Below, piece after piece: positions 38,460 to 50,720 of a stretch of DNA of 64,000 nt. The notes beneath the pieces were generated by a model. That model had not been told where the DNA came from and did no database searches. It was given only the letters and a program-made list of their open reading frames with translations. A program made the position numbers and the translations under genes. Within the stretch, counting starts at the first letter, position 1. Each line of letters starts with the position of its first letter. Source of the DNA: Tubiluchus corallicola (Eukaryota; Animalia; Priapulida); contig JAQGDQ010002407.1 in the NCBI GenBank assembly GCA_030141605.1, positions 7,769 to 71,768 of the forward strand. Direction: 5' to 3'.

Positions 38460-39356
38460 ATGAAACTAACGATCATAGGGCTTGGGTTGATAGGGGGATC
38501 AATGGCAAAGGACTTGCGGAAGGCGGGATTTGCCACAGAAATAATTGGCGTTGATGTTAATCCTGCTCATGCCAGAGAAGCTGTAAAACTAGGGATTGTT
38601 GACCGCACAGGCACACTCAAGCCATCGGTAAAAAAAGCTGACATGGTACTGGTGGCTATTCCCGTAGATAAAATTATAACTGTGCTGCCTAAAGTACTTG
38701 ACTTGATTAGCCCCTCTACAACTGTTACAGACGTAGGCTCCTCAAAGCGCAGCATAGTCGCGAAAGTCAAAAACCACCCTAACCGCTCCTGCTTTGTACC
38801 TTCCCATCCAATGTCGGGAACGGAAAACAGTGGCCCGTCTGCTGCTACAGACAACCTGTTTGAAGGGAAAATATCTATTATTTGTGACCAGCAAGACTCT
38901 AAACCTCAGCATGTTGCAATAGTTGAGAAAATGTATCACTCCATGGGTATGTCAACGGCTTACATGTCTAGTGATGAACAGGATCATACCACGGCATTTG
39001 TATCACATCTTCCTCATGCTGCTGCATTTGCGCTTGCAAACGCTGTATTGGCAAAAGAGGATAGAAGCATTATTTTTGACCTGGCATCAGGTGGGTTCAG
39101 ATCAACTGTGAGACTTGCCAAAAGCTCTCCGGCAATGTGGGGCCCAATTTTTAAACAAAACAAAGACTACATATCGCAGGCGCTTGAAGTATACATAACC
39201 CACCTTCAGGAACTGAAAAGCAGTATTGAAAACAACGATAAAAATATGATGAAGCTTATAAACAAAGCCAACAGCATTCGTGAAGTGCTCGAAAATGATA
39301 ACCCATCATTAACAAAAAGTGAAAAAACAATAGTGAAACTATATACAAAAAGTTGA
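38460..39356 (+). CDS. tyrA: Prephenate dehydrogenase (mirror copy)
   Basis: Identical to 27911-28807. Confidence 0.9.
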   Translation: MKLTIIGLGLIGGSMAKDLRKAGFATEIIGVDVNPAHAREAVKLGIVDRTGTLKPSVKKADMVLVAIPVDKIITVLPKVLDLISPSTTVTDVGSSKRSIVAKVKNHPNRSCFVPSHPMSGTENSGPSAATDNLFEGKISIICDQQDSKPQHVAIVEKMYHSMGMSTAYMSSDEQDHTTAFVSHLPHAAAFALANAVLAKEDRSIIFDLASGGFRSTVRLAKSSPAMWGPIFKQNKDYISQALEVYITHLQELKSSIENNDKNMMKLINKANSIREVLENDNPSLTKSEKTIVKLYTKS

Positions 39357-39359
39357 TTT

Positions 39360-40448
39360 ATGCATACAAAAATGGGAATAAACCCTGTCAATCACTGGCT
39401 CCCCGATATTGATAATCCCTTGTTAATAGCGGGGCCGTGCAGCCTTGAAACAGAGGAGCAGGCAATCGCTACCGCCAGAGAATTGGCAAAAGACAAAAGG
39501 GTGTTTATCTTTCGCGGAGGGGTGTGGAAGCCGCGTACTCGCCCGGGCTCTTTTGAAGGGGTGGGAAGCGTAGGGCTTGAATGGATGAAAAAAGTTAAAA
39601 ATGAAACCGGTCTTCGCATAGGAACAGAAGTAGCTAATGCCTCCCATGTTGAAGAATGCTTAAAAGCGGATATAGATATCTTATGGATAGGGGCGCGTTC
39701 AACGGCATCTCCTTTCGTTGTACAGGAAATTGCTGATGTATTAAAAGGAACCGACAAGGTGGTAATGGTAAAAAATCCGGTTAACCCTGACGTTCAACTG
39801 TGGATAGGGGCATTGGAGAGGCTGAACCGCTCCGGAATAGATAACCTTGTTGCCATACACCGTGGGTTTACACCGTTTACAGAAACAAAATACCGCAACT
39901 ATCCGGGATGGAAAACGATTATTGAACTAAAGCGCCTTTTACCCAAACTACCAATAATTTGCGACCCAAGCCATATAGCGGGAGAAAGAAAATTCCTTTT
40001 TGAAATATCGCAAAAAGCATTTGATATGGGGATGGACGGACTTATGCTGGAGGTCCACATAAACCCGTCATTGGCCCTTAGTGATAAAGAACAACAAATA
40101 ACACCTGCCGGGCTGGGCGAAATACTTGATAAACTGGTTATAAAATATGAACACCCTAACGATCCGCAATTTGAAAACCAGCTTGATCATCTAAGAGAAA
40201 GAATTGATGAAATTGACTGTGAAATACTTGAAATGCTCTCATCAAGAGCGGAGATTGTAAAAAAAATAGGAAAATTTAAAAAAGAGAACAAAGCTACTGT
40301 CCTTCAAATAGACAGATTTACATCTATGATAGAAGAAAGACTCTCGTTAGCGAAAAAACTACACATGAACGATATGTTTGTAAAAACCCTTTTTCAGCTA
40401 ATTCATGAGGACTCTGTTCGTCAACAATCAGAAATGATTAATAAATAA
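39360..40448 (+). CDS. DAHP synthase/chorismate mutase (mirror copy)
   Basis: Identical to 26819-27907. Confidence 0.9.
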   Translation: MHTKMGINPVNHWLPDIDNPLLIAGPCSLETEEQAIATARELAKDKRVFIFRGGVWKPRTRPGSFEGVGSVGLEWMKKVKNETGLRIGTEVANASHVEECLKADIDILWIGARSTASPFVVQEIADVLKGTDKVVMVKNPVNPDVQLWIGALERLNRSGIDNLVAIHRGFTPFTETKYRNYPGWKTIIELKRLLPKLPIICDPSHIAGERKFLFEISQKAFDMGMDGLMLEVHINPSLALSDKEQQITPAGLGEILDKLVIKYEHPNDPQFENQLDHLRERIDEIDCEILEMLSSRAEIVKKIGKFKKENKATVLQIDRFTSMIEERLSLAKKLHMNDMFVKTLFQLIHEDSVRQQSEMINK

Positions 40449-40453
40449 CAGCT

Positions 40454-40576
40454 AAAAACCTTTGCAAAGGAGAAAAAATTGACTCGAGTTGGAAAATAAT
40501 CCGCCCCTCTAACTACTAATGTAAATGAGGGCTTTGAAGCGAGCTTTCACGAAAATATTAATTTTAAAAAACCTCA
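40454..40576 (+). mobile_element. MITE-like repeat (mirror of 26691-26813)
   Basis: Mirror copy. Confidence 0.7.
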
Positions 40577-40713
40577 AAACTGAATAAAAAATACTATCTT
40601 CGATTTTGCGAAGCAGAAGCGTTACAAAGTGGGGAAAATAGATGAAAGATTGCAGATCTCTGCTAACTGGAAACTATTAACTTATAATTTATGAATTAAT
40701 AAAAAGATCTGTC

Positions 40714-41937
40714 ATGAAAAAGATTAAAGTGGTTGCCCCTGTTGTGGAGCTTGATGGTGATGAAATGACCAGGATTATATGGAAAATGATAAAAAATCAG
40801 TTGATAAAACCATATCTTGACCTGGATATCAAGTATTTTGATCTTGGAATTGAACATCGCGATGAAACGAGGGATCAGGTAACTGTTGATGCTGCCTATG
40901 CAATAAAAAAACATAAAGTAGGGATTAAGTGCGCAACCATTACACCTGACGAGAAGAGGGTAGAAGAATTTGGGCTGAAAGAGATGTACAAATCCCCAAA
41001 TGGAACGATTAGAAACATTATTGGGGGGACTATATTTAGAGAGCCCATCTTTGTGAAAAATGTTCCGCGTCTGGTTCCTCAGTGGAAGGGGCCCATAATA
41101 ATAGGGCGTCACGCTTTTGGCGATCAATACAGGGCTGTAGACATAACAGTGAAGAAGCCGGGTACGCTAACGATGTCATTTACTCCTGACGATGGATCTG
41201 ACCCGGAACACCACAATGTTTATCATTTTGATGGAGCGGGAATTGCACTATCTATGTACAACACGGAAGAATCTATCAGGGGATTTGCACATAGCTGTTT
41301 CAAAATGGCGCTCCTTAAAAAATGGCCGCTCTACCTTTCTACAAAAAATACCATTCTCAAAAAATATGATGGCTTCTTTAAAGATATTTTCCAGGAAACA
41401 TACGAAAGCAAATACTACGAGGAATTTAAAAATGCCGGAATTATTTACGAGCACCGCCTTATTGACGACATGGTAGCTGCGGCTTTGAAGTGGGAAGGCA
41501 ACTTTGTGTGGGCATGCAAAAACTATGATGGCGATGTACAATCGGATACGGTTGCTCAGGGATTTGGGTCGCTCGGACTTATGACATCTGTACTAATGGT
41601 TCCGGATGGAGATATAGTAGAAGCTGAAGCTGCACATGGGACTGTTACACGACATTACAGAGAGCATCAGAAAGGAAACCCTACATCAACAAACCCCATA
41701 GCATCAATATACGCATGGACAAAGGGACTGGCTTTTAGAGGGAAACTGGATGATAATAGAGAACTAATCAGCTTTACAGACAAGCTGGAAAGGACCTGTG
41801 TTGATGTGGTCGAATCGGGCAAAATGACCAAAGACTTGGCATTGGCTATATATGGTAAAACTATGAAACGGGAGCACTATTTGACAACAGAAGAATTTAT
41901 AGACGCATTGGCATCTGAGTTGAATAAAAGGGTATAG
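40714..41937 (+). CDS. icd: NADP-dependent isocitrate dehydrogenase (mirror copy)
   Basis: Identical to 25330-26553. Confidence 0.95.
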   Translation: MKKIKVVAPVVELDGDEMTRIIWKMIKNQLIKPYLDLDIKYFDLGIEHRDETRDQVTVDAAYAIKKHKVGIKCATITPDEKRVEEFGLKEMYKSPNGTIRNIIGGTIFREPIFVKNVPRLVPQWKGPIIIGRHAFGDQYRAVDITVKKPGTLTMSFTPDDGSDPEHHNVYHFDGAGIALSMYNTEESIRGFAHSCFKMALLKKWPLYLSTKNTILKKYDGFFKDIFQETYESKYYEEFKNAGIIYEHRLIDDMVAAALKWEGNFVWACKNYDGDVQSDTVAQGFGSLGLMTSVLMVPDGDIVEAEAAHGTVTRHYREHQKGNPTSTNPIASIYAWTKGLAFRGKLDDNRELISFTDKLERTCVDVVESGKMTKDLALAIYGKTMKREHYLTTEEFIDALASELNKRV

Positions 41938-42023
41938 CTCTATGAAACTGTTTATAAAACCTTGAAAATGTAAATCAAGCTATGAATTACTTTTTTCGTA
42001 ACTTTGGGAGGAGGTGAAATATC

Positions 42024-42163
42024 AAAACCTTTGCAAGAAAAGGCGAAGATTTGATCCACTCTGGAATAATCAAGAAAAGAGCAGCAAATTACTGATGTAA
42101 ATGAGCTTTGTGAAGAATATTTTCACGAAACACTAATAAAAAGATGAGCTTTGCAAAGAGCTC
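42024..42163 (+). mobile_element. MITE-like repeat (mirror of 25104-25243)
   Basis: Mirror copy. Confidence 0.75.
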
Positions 42164-42187
42164 ATACCGTAACAAAAAAGTGTAAAA

Positions 42188-42700
42188 ATGATAAAAAAGA
42201 AGATTGAAAAGTCGGTTAATGATCAAATAAATGCAGAGTTTTTCTCTGCATACCTCTATCTTTCAATGTCTGCTTACTTTGAAAACATAGGCCTATCTGG
42301 ATTTGCAAACTGGATGCTAGTACAGTTTAAAGAAGAGCAAGCACATGCGTTGAAACTCTTTAATTATATAAATGAACGTGGAGGAAAAGTTGAATTAGCT
42401 CCCATTTCTGAAAATGTACCTGTTGGCTTTAATGGTGTAATTGACGTATTTGAACAGACACTGGCACACGAGCAAATGATTACAGAGCGGATCAATAAAA
42501 TGATGGATATCGCTATAAAAGAAAGAGACTATGCAACAAAAAGCTTCTTGCAATGGTTTGTAGACGAGCAAGTGGAGGAGGAATCAAGCGTAGAAGACAT
42601 ACTTAATAACCTGAAAATTATTAATGGAGAAGGACAGGGACTGCTTATGATGGATAGAGAAATGGGCACCCGCACCTTCAATGACCTGGAACAAAAATAG
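42188..42700 (+). CDS. ftnA: Ferritin (mirror copy)
   Basis: Identical to 24567-25079. Confidence 0.93.
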   Translation: MIKKKIEKSVNDQINAEFFSAYLYLSMSAYFENIGLSGFANWMLVQFKEEQAHALKLFNYINERGGKVELAPISENVPVGFNGVIDVFEQTLAHEQMITERINKMMDIAIKERDYATKSFLQWFVDEQVEEESSVEDILNNLKIINGEGQGLLMMDREMGTRTFNDLEQK

Positions 42701-42777
42701 ACCTATCTGTTTCTCATACGAAATGAAACTAGGATTATATTATCTTACTGTAATGCACAAATAAAACAATAAAAATT

Positions 42778-45099
42778 ATGAAAATGGCTTTTATCTATTT
42801 AAGTATTGCGGTACTTTCATTGCTGCCTACCTCTCTGTGTAGTGCACAAAATACCACCTCAAACACTAAAATGTTGGATAAATGGTATATCATGGAAGAT
42901 CGTATGTTAGGAACCAATTGCCTAATGCGTTTTGACACGCTGGATATCCCTTTACTGCCTAACCTGGGTATTGGTGCAAAAGATGGAATGCTATACCATG
43001 CTAGGGATTTCTCTGTGTCCGATCCCGGCAAAATCAGGCGGGACTATAGTGTTGAATTTGAAAACATGAAAAAAATGCGGAACAAAAGCTCAATACATGC
43101 CGGAGCGAAACTATATATAACAAACTTCTCAGACATAGAAAAAACAGGAGAGGTTAACATACAGGCTATCGACTCTCACTTTAGTTGGGATAATGACAGT
43201 ACCGTTTACTATACCAAACTTCATCGCAGAAGATATGAAATATGTAGCGCTTCTAAGGGATCGGATGAGGAAAAGCTGATCTTTGAGGACTTCAAGAAAA
43301 TAAACAAAAAAATGAAAATGCATCCGACTGTCTTTGATAACGGATCTAAAATGATCTTTGTAGTAGATGATAAAACAAAAGATAGGAGAAAACAGGCAAA
43401 CTTGTATTTATCCCACAAAAGCAGAATAGGGAAAGGGAGATGGAGTGAGCCGAAAGTCTTGGATAACTATGTAAACTCAACTGGCAATGATATATTTCCT
43501 GAAGTCGTAAACGATTCATTACTGATATTCTCATCCGATAGGGAAAAAGGAGACATGCTATATCTCTACTGGAAAAACCTTAATGACCCTAGCCACAAAG
43601 CGGAAAAACTATCTTACCCTTTCAACCAGGGAGGATACAACTTCTCATTTCGACAAATGGATGACTCCAATATATTTGTTTATACACTGTTGAAACTTAA
43701 TGGAGAAGAAGACCCCGGACTATTTGAAAACTCCCCAAAAAAAGAGACACACTCTGAAATATCAGGGAATACAGTGAAACTTACCGTGAAGGATATCGTA
43801 ACAATAAACTGGGGAGAACTTGTTGAACCTGAGAAGAGCGAAAAATGGGAAGATCTGGTGCTTTACAAGGGGGAAGACAGTAAACTTCCCATTTACGGAG
43901 TCCCTGTATTTGATGATAATAGCTTTACCAGTATCAATAGCGTAAAATATGCAGGAGGGAATAAAGTTATTTTTACTGCCGGAGAAGATATGCAAAAAGG
44001 AGTACTACACCGTGCAGAAAAAAAAGATGGAACATGGTCTAATCCGGAAGCATTGCCGGTAGAATTTTTATCAAACTCCCCTATATATCCTCTTGCTGTA
44101 ATAAATGACTCACTGCTGGTTATGTCGAGCCTCAATGAAGGAGGCTTTGAAAACACCTACCTTATGAACCTGAATGAGAAAGCGCAACTACTCTCGGAAG
44201 GTGCAGGCATAGCCAATCTCATATGTGACTGGAAGGCCGTAACACACTATGCAAGCAATGACCTCTCTCTGGTGAAACTCGAAACATTACTATTGACGCA
44301 AGTAACGCCGCCGCCTGCAGAAGAAAGACCATCAGAAAAAAAAGTACAGATTCAACTACCAACTGGGGGTGAAATTACTAGGCGTATATTCCCTCAGTAC
44401 TTTGACCACAATGTCTATAAAAGAACATACTCCGATATTGACAAATTCTCTCTCTCTCTTATAGCTGAAGAAGTTATACGACACAATACACGTATTGTAA
44501 TTACCGGACTGGCAGACAAAGTCGGTGATGCCCGTTACAACTTATGGCTATCTGAAAAGCGGGCGGGAAGAATTGCTGAAATATTGATAGAAAATAGTAT
44601 TCCGCATGACAAAATATCAATAATAGCCCATGGAGAATACTCTCCCTTCTTTCATCAAAATAGTACAAAAAATAGGGTAGCACTGATATCACTGCACCGG
44701 CACATAGACCTGCCTTCAATGAATGAAGGGGAAATTGTTTTGACCAACAAAAACGAACAATTCCTGGAAATGGATGAAATTAAATTTGAATCAAGAGAAG
44801 AACTGACAGACCTCCTTAGAATGGAGTGTGACGTACTAGCCTCAAAAGGGTTTGGGTGGTTCCTGGTAAAAGGCGCTTACAAGCCGTCTCCGAGAAATGT
44901 TGATGATGCAACGGACAACTACAAAACATCCTTCTTTTTACACACAGTAGAAGCAGGCGAAACAGTATGGAAACTGGGAGATAAATATGGAGTACATCCA
45001 CGTGAAATACTTTTAATAAATAATATTCAGGAGAAGTACACATTACAAATTGGAGACAAACTGCGTATCCCTGGAGATAAAGGAGTAAAAAAACCATAA
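42778..45099 (+). CDS. Beta-propeller-like/OmpA-like/LysM protein (mirror copy)
   Basis: Identical to 22168-24489. Confidence 0.75.
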   Translation: MKMAFIYLSIAVLSLLPTSLCSAQNTTSNTKMLDKWYIMEDRMLGTNCLMRFDTLDIPLLPNLGIGAKDGMLYHARDFSVSDPGKIRRDYSVEFENMKKMRNKSSIHAGAKLYITNFSDIEKTGEVNIQAIDSHFSWDNDSTVYYTKLHRRRYEICSASKGSDEEKLIFEDFKKINKKMKMHPTVFDNGSKMIFVVDDKTKDRRKQANLYLSHKSRIGKGRWSEPKVLDNYVNSTGNDIFPEVVNDSLLIFSSDREKGDMLYLYWKNLNDPSHKAEKLSYPFNQGGYNFSFRQMDDSNIFVYTLLKLNGEEDPGLFENSPKKETHSEISGNTVKLTVKDIVTINWGELVEPEKSEKWEDLVLYKGEDSKLPIYGVPVFDDNSFTSINSVKYAGGNKVIFTAGEDMQKGVLHRAEKKDGTWSNPEALPVEFLSNSPIYPLAVINDSLLVMSSLNEGGFENTYLMNLNEKAQLLSEGAGIANLICDWKAVTHYASNDLSLVKLETLLLTQVTPPPAEERPSEKKVQIQLPTGGEITRRIFPQYFDHNVYKRTYSDIDKFSLSLIAEEVIRHNTRIVITGLADKVGDARYNLWLSEKRAGRIAEILIENSIPHDKISIIAHGEYSPFFHQNSTKNRVALISLHRHIDLPSMNEGEIVLTNKNEQFLEMDEIKFESREELTDLLRMECDVLASKGFGWFLVKGAYKPSPRNVDDATDNYKTSFFLHTVEAGETVWKLGDKYGVHPREILLINNIQEKYTLQIGDKLRIPGDKGVKKP

Positions 45100-45301
45100 C
45101 TCGCAGGATCAAATAACATAAGGAGAAAAAGAAAACCTCTCACACGTGACTAAAAGAGGGTGACACCGTTGAAAAACTGAAACATAAACTTGGTGTCTTG
45201 TAAATACGTAAAATAAACAACACCCCTTCAGGCTGCGTAAATTGATAGCTGGTAAGTGGCTGCTGGCACTCTACCTTTCTGGCAAGGTGGAATAGTGAAC
45301 T

Positions 45302-45438
45302 GAGACTTTTGCAAAGCAAATGCTTTGGTTTAGGCTGAGTAAAGACTCGATGAAAATCGTAGTTTACGGATGTAAATCAGGATATTGAAGAGGATTTGGC
45401 GAAAATATTAATAAAAAGATGAGCTTCGCAGAGAGCTC
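45302..45438 (+). mobile_element. MITE-like repeat (mirror of 21829-21965)
   Basis: Mirror copy. Confidence 0.75.
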
Positions 45439-45456
45439 TAAACGTACCTTTCCAAT

Positions 45457-48400
45457 ATGCAGGAACGCTACAGTGCAAATGAGGAGAGATTAAAGCAGGC
45501 TCTTGATGTAGCGGGCATGGGGATGTTTGACTGGGATATTCATAGAGACACTGCAGTTTATAACGAGCGCTACTCTGAAATATTTGGAATAGACCTTCAA
45601 AAACGGACAAGCGCAGAAAAAAAATGGCTCGACATTGTTCACCCCGACGACCAGCAGATGGTTCAGCACAGGCTTAAAGAAGCACTGGAGGGAAAAATTA
45701 CATACAGCGTAGAATACAGAATCATAAAACATGGTTTATCAGAGAGGTGGATAAGCAGTAACGCAAAAGTTTTTTTCAATAATGATGGGGAGCCATACCG
45801 TATGGTAGGCGTAGTAGCAGACATAACCGAACGAAAGCTGGCGGAACAGGAGCTTAAAAAACAACTTCAATTTGAAAAACTGCACTCCGAAACATCAAAC
45901 ACTTTTGTATCTGTCTCATACGATAAAATTGATAGCGAAATACAAAAATACCTGCCCCTCTTTGCCAAACTCCTGAACCTTCCACTGATAGGGGTAAAAC
46001 TACACTTTGAAGGAACAGCGTCATCCGAAAATTCTCACTACTATGCAGCTCCGGGATATGAAAAACTGAAAAATACAATAACAAATGAGATACTCCCCGG
46101 AACCTTAACCACGCTAAATAAAGGGGAGGTCCTCATAAAAAACGACCTTCCTGACTCGCTACCGGAAGAAGTGAGCGAAGAACGTAACTACTACGAACGA
46201 GCTAAACTTAAATCGTTGCTCATAATCCCGTTTACTATCAGGGGAAAAATCTTTGGAACCATATCGGCAGGAGTATCCAGCGAACTTTTATGGACAGATG
46301 AGCAGGTAAAAAAAGTACGGCTGATAGGTGAAATACTTATCACCGCACTAAGCCGAAAACAGGCCGGTGAAGCTCTCCATGAAAGCGAAAAACAACTGAG
46401 GAGGGAGGCGAACATAACCAAATTTCTTTTAAAACTATATCACCAGGCACCAGACATGTCAGACAAAGAGCTATACATGTATATACTGGGGAAGGTTGTT
46501 GAGCTGACACGTAGTAAAATAGGGTTCTTTCACAGAGTAGGCAACGATCAAAAATCTGTAATTACTACCGGATGGATCTCAGCAACAAAAGAGAAAAATA
46601 AAACCAACAAAAAACATCAGGTAATAAATGAACAGCACCATAAAATTGCAGATACAGAAATACTAGAAGCTTGCGTTCAAAGAAAACAACCCGCTATATA
46701 CAATACCATACCTAGCGATACAAGCAAAGGAGGCTTTCTCTCAGGAACCCCTAAACTTATGCGATTTATAAGCGTCCCTATAGTAGATGGAAGCAAAGTG
46801 AAATATATCTTTTGCATAGGGAATAAATTTAAAAAATATGAAAAACGCGATGTTATGCAAGTTCAGCTAATCGCAGGGGAGCTATTTAAAATATTCAAGC
46901 AACGTGAAGCTGAAAAATCATTAAAAGAGGGGGAAGAACGCCTCTCAATAGCGTGTCGTTCGGCAAAACTGGGAATATGGGACTGGGATATAAAAAACGA
47001 TAAACTTAGATGGGATAACGGGATGTACGACTTATATAAACTGAAAAAAGAGGAATTCCATGAAACATACAGCAGTTGGACAAAACACCTGCATCCAGAT
47101 GACTTAAAACATTTTCAAAGCACAATTAAAACCTGCCTCAAAGCCGAAAAAGAGCTCCACACCGAATTTCGAATCCGTATAAAAAGGGGAATAGTGCGTT
47201 ACATTGACGCATATGCAAACATATCTCGAAACAGTAAGGGGGAGCCGGTACGCATGATTGGTGTAAATGGGGATATTACAGACAGAAAACTTACAGACAA
47301 AGAACTGCAGAAATACCGGGAACATCTCGAAGAAATCGTAAAAAAAAGAACGCACGCACTTAAAAAAGCCAAAGAAGCAGCGGAAGTAGCAAACACCGCA
47401 AAATCCAAATTCCTCGCAAACATGAGCCACGAAATACGAACCCCTATGAACTCAATAATAGGATTCTCGGAAATACTTTCAAAACACATAAAAGATGAAT
47501 CCATATCTCCCTACGTAAGCTCTATAAAAACAAGCGGGAAAATACTGCTGGGATTGATAAATGACATACTTGACCTTTCCAGAATAGAATCGGGAAAACT
47601 ACAGATAAGAACCATGCCCGTAAGCCTCAAAAACACAATAAATGACATAGAAAGCATATTTAAAATTAGGGTCAGGGAAAAAGGACTCACTTTCAATACA
47701 AACATCTCAGACAACACACCTCAATACCTTGAACTGGATGAGCTGAGAATACACCAGGTGATGATTAATCTTATTGAAAATGCCATAAAATTTACACACA
47801 CAGGATTCGTAAAAATAAATATCCATACAGAAAAATACGAAAACAATACGGTAACCCTTTACATCACTGTAGAAGATAGCGGTATAGGAATAGCAAAAAA
47901 CAATCAGAAAAAAATATTTAGCTCTTTCGACCAGGCTGACAACCTTGACATAAAAAAATATGGAGGCTCGGGACTGGGGCTCGCTATATCAAAAAAACTC
48001 ATTGAAATGATGGGAGGAAAAATATCAGTATCAAGCATTGTTAATAAAGGAAGCAAATTCACCATAACTATAAAAAAAGTAAAACAGTCGGAACTGAAAC
48101 ACAATGAAAAAGAAGAGCGTAAAACACAAAAAAGAGCACCATTAGACAACCAGGACAAACACTCCTCCCCCAATGCCACAATCCTGAATAACACCTTACT
48201 AGGAGAACAAAAAATAGGCCTACCTCTAAAAACAAAAACACAACTCCCTCTCATAATCGAAAAAATAGAGCACATTCATAAAACAGCCTGGCGGGAAATA
48301 CAGGATATACAACCACTCAATAAAGTGAAAAACTTTATGATACAAATAAAGGAAATAGCTCAAAAATACGACATTGACATCCTTAAAATATACGCAAATG

Positions 48401-48501
48401 AAATTGAAATTTCACTAAACACTTTTGGTGTAGGAAGGATGAAAAAACTTATCAATGACTTCCCTGCCATTATTGGGGTGCTTAAAAACATAAAAAAATA
48501 A
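45457..48501 (+). CDS. PAS/GAF sensor histidine kinase (mirror copy)
   Basis: Identical to 18766-21810. Confidence 0.9.
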   Translation: MQERYSANEERLKQALDVAGMGMFDWDIHRDTAVYNERYSEIFGIDLQKRTSAEKKWLDIVHPDDQQMVQHRLKEALEGKITYSVEYRIIKHGLSERWISSNAKVFFNNDGEPYRMVGVVADITERKLAEQELKKQLQFEKLHSETSNTFVSVSYDKIDSEIQKYLPLFAKLLNLPLIGVKLHFEGTASSENSHYYAAPGYEKLKNTITNEILPGTLTTLNKGEVLIKNDLPDSLPEEVSEERNYYERAKLKSLLIIPFTIRGKIFGTISAGVSSELLWTDEQVKKVRLIGEILITALSRKQAGEALHESEKQLRREANITKFLLKLYHQAPDMSDKELYMYILGKVVELTRSKIGFFHRVGNDQKSVITTGWISATKEKNKTNKKHQVINEQHHKIADTEILEACVQRKQPAIYNTIPSDTSKGGFLSGTPKLMRFISVPIVDGSKVKYIFCIGNKFKKYEKRDVMQVQLIAGELFKIFKQREAEKSLKEGEERLSIACRSAKLGIWDWDIKNDKLRWDNGMYDLYKLKKEEFHETYSSWTKHLHPDDLKHFQSTIKTCLKAEKELHTEFRIRIKRGIVRYIDAYANISRNSKGEPVRMIGVNGDITDRKLTDKELQKYREHLEEIVKKRTHALKKAKEAAEVANTAKSKFLANMSHEIRTPMNSIIGFSEILSKHIKDESISPYVSSIKTSGKILLGLINDILDLSRIESGKLQIRTMPVSLKNTINDIESIFKIRVREKGLTFNTNISDNTPQYLELDELRIHQVMINLIENAIKFTHTGFVKINIHTEKYENNTVTLYITVEDSGIGIAKNNQKKIFSSFDQADNLDIKKYGGSGLGLAISKKLIEMMGGKISVSSIVNKGSKFTITIKKVKQSELKHNEKEERKTQKRAPLDNQDKHSSPNATILNNTLLGEQKIGLPLKTKTQLPLIIEKIEHIHKTAWREIQDIQPLNKVKNFMIQIKEIAQKYDIDILKIYANEIEISLNTFGVGRMKKLINDFPAIIGVLKNIKK

Positions 48502-48507
48502 CAAACA

Positions 48508-48712
48508 AAAACCCTTTCCAAAACAAAATACTTGGCCCTCATTGAAAAAAGGGAGTGAGAACTTTCAGCCCAACCACAAACTAAAATTTTTTTAAAGGCC
48601 CTCCCAAAACACTAAGTCTTTGCCGATGAAAAACTGTAGTTTACTAGCGAAATCAGGACTTTGAAGAAAACTTACATAAAAATGCGAACAAAAAAATGAA
48701 CGTTGTAAAAAA
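48508..48712 (+). mobile_element. Compound MITE-like repeats (mirror of 18555-18759)
   Basis: Mirror copy. Confidence 0.55.
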
Positions 48713-48730
48713 AATCAAAAAACAAGGAAA

Positions 48731-50575
48731 TTGAAAAAACACTTGCCAACCTCCCTAAAAGAAGTGGAAAAGCGGGGATGGGATGAACTAGACATAATCA
48801 TCTTCTCCGGCGATGCATATGTAGACCACCCCTCCTTTGGTACAGCAATCATAGGGAGACTACTTGAAAATCAGGGCTTGCGCATTGCTATTGTACCTCA
48901 GCCAAACTGGAAAGATGACCTGAGGGACTTTAAAAAACTGGGTATCCCGCGCCTTTTCTTTGCCGTTACAGCGGGATCTATGGACTCAATGGTAAATCAC
49001 TACACTGCATTTAAAAGACGCCGGTCTGATGATGCATACACCCCGGGGGGAAAAGCAGGATACCGTCCTGACTACGCTACCGTGACATACTCAAATATTC
49101 TAAAAAAACTATACCCCGACACACCTCTGGTAATAGGGGGAATAGAGGCATCTCTGCGACGATTTACTCACTACGACTACTGCTCAGATACACTAAAACC
49201 GGGAATTTTGCACGATAGCAAAGCAGATCTCCTATTTTACGGGATGGCAGAAAAATCAATAACTCAGTTTGTGAAACTCCTAAAAAAAGGCATCCCCTTT
49301 GAATCACTTACAAACATACCACAAACTTCGTTCATTCGTAAGAAAACAGAGGGATTCCCTACAAATGCAGTCTGGAAAAATAAAAACCTCTACTCCCACG
49401 AAGAGTGCATGAAAAATAAAAAAAAATACGCCATTAACTTTAAACACATTGAAACTGAATCAAACCGCCTCGACTCAGCCAGACTTACACAAAAGCTATA
49501 TGACAAACACATAATAACTAACCCCCCGTGGCAGACAATCTCTGAAAAAGAAGCTGACAGCTATTACGACCTGCCTTACACGCGCCTGCCTCACCCCAGA
49601 TACGCAAACAAAGGGAAAATACCGGCGTATGAAATGATAAAACACTCTGTAAACATTCACAGAGGATGTTTTGGAGGATGCTCATTCTGCACAATATCTG
49701 CCCATCAAGGGAAACACATCATTTCACGAACCGAAAAATCAATACTAAAAGAGACTCAACTCATATCTGAGATGCCTGACTTTAAAGGCACGATAACTGA
49801 CCTCGGAGGTCCCTCTGCAAACATGTATAAAATGCGAGGAATTAAAATGGAAAAATGTAAAAAATGCTCCCGCCCATCATGCATAAACCCATACATATGT
49901 GAAAACCTTGACACCGAACACAAACACATTACCATGCTATATGAAAAAACTAACAACATCCCCGGAATAAAAAAAATAGCCATTAGCAGTGGTATACGAT
50001 ACGACCTTATACTTAATAAAACCGGAAACAGAAAAAAAGATCAAAACAACATTGAGTACCTTAAAAATACCATCAAAAGGCATATCTCGGGAAGGCTAAA
50101 AGTAGCACCTGAACACATATCAGACAAAATATTGAACATTATGCGAAAACCATCGTTCTCCATATTTAAAAAACTTAACAACCTATACTACAAAATCAAC
50201 AAAGAAGAAAAGATAAACCAGCAACTAATACCATACTTTATATCGGGGCATCCTGGAAGCACCTTGGAAGACATGGCAGAACTCGCTGCCGAAACAAAAA
50301 AAATGGGATTTAAACTTGAACAAGTACAGGGATTTACACCCACTCCAATGACACTCGCTACAGCAATATACTACTCCGGATATCACCCTTACACACTTGA
50401 AAAAATATATACCGCAAAATCGAAAATAGAAAAACGCACACAACACTCCCTGCTCTTCTGGTATAAAAAACAGAACATAGCCAACATTAAAAAAGAACTT
50501 AAAAAAATAGGGCGTCACGACTTAATAAAAAAACTTTTCCCTAGCCTAAGACAAAGCAACCTCGGGGCACGATGA
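48731..50575 (+). CDS. ygiQ: YgiQ radical SAM protein (mirror copy)
   Basis: Identical to 16692-18536. Confidence 0.9.
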   Translation: MKKHLPTSLKEVEKRGWDELDIIIFSGDAYVDHPSFGTAIIGRLLENQGLRIAIVPQPNWKDDLRDFKKLGIPRLFFAVTAGSMDSMVNHYTAFKRRRSDDAYTPGGKAGYRPDYATVTYSNILKKLYPDTPLVIGGIEASLRRFTHYDYCSDTLKPGILHDSKADLLFYGMAEKSITQFVKLLKKGIPFESLTNIPQTSFIRKKTEGFPTNAVWKNKNLYSHEECMKNKKKYAINFKHIETESNRLDSARLTQKLYDKHIITNPPWQTISEKEADSYYDLPYTRLPHPRYANKGKIPAYEMIKHSVNIHRGCFGGCSFCTISAHQGKHIISRTEKSILKETQLISEMPDFKGTITDLGGPSANMYKMRGIKMEKCKKCSRPSCINPYICENLDTEHKHITMLYEKTNNIPGIKKIAISSGIRYDLILNKTGNRKKDQNNIEYLKNTIKRHISGRLKVAPEHISDKILNIMRKPSFSIFKKLNNLYYKINKEEKINQQLIPYFISGHPGSTLEDMAELAAETKKMGFKLEQVQGFTPTPMTLATAIYYSGYHPYTLEKIYTAKSKIEKRTQHSLLFWYKKQNIANIKKELKKIGRHDLIKKLFPSLRQSNLGAR

Positions 50576-50720
50576 AAAGATCAACCAAATATAGGGTAAC
50601 GTTGAATAAAATAGACCGGTAGGAACAAAGAAAACTAACAAAAAATCTTACCTTTGAATATCTATTGCTACACTTATCCTCGTGAAAAAACAGACCCCTT
50701 GCATCTAAGGAAGTAAAAAG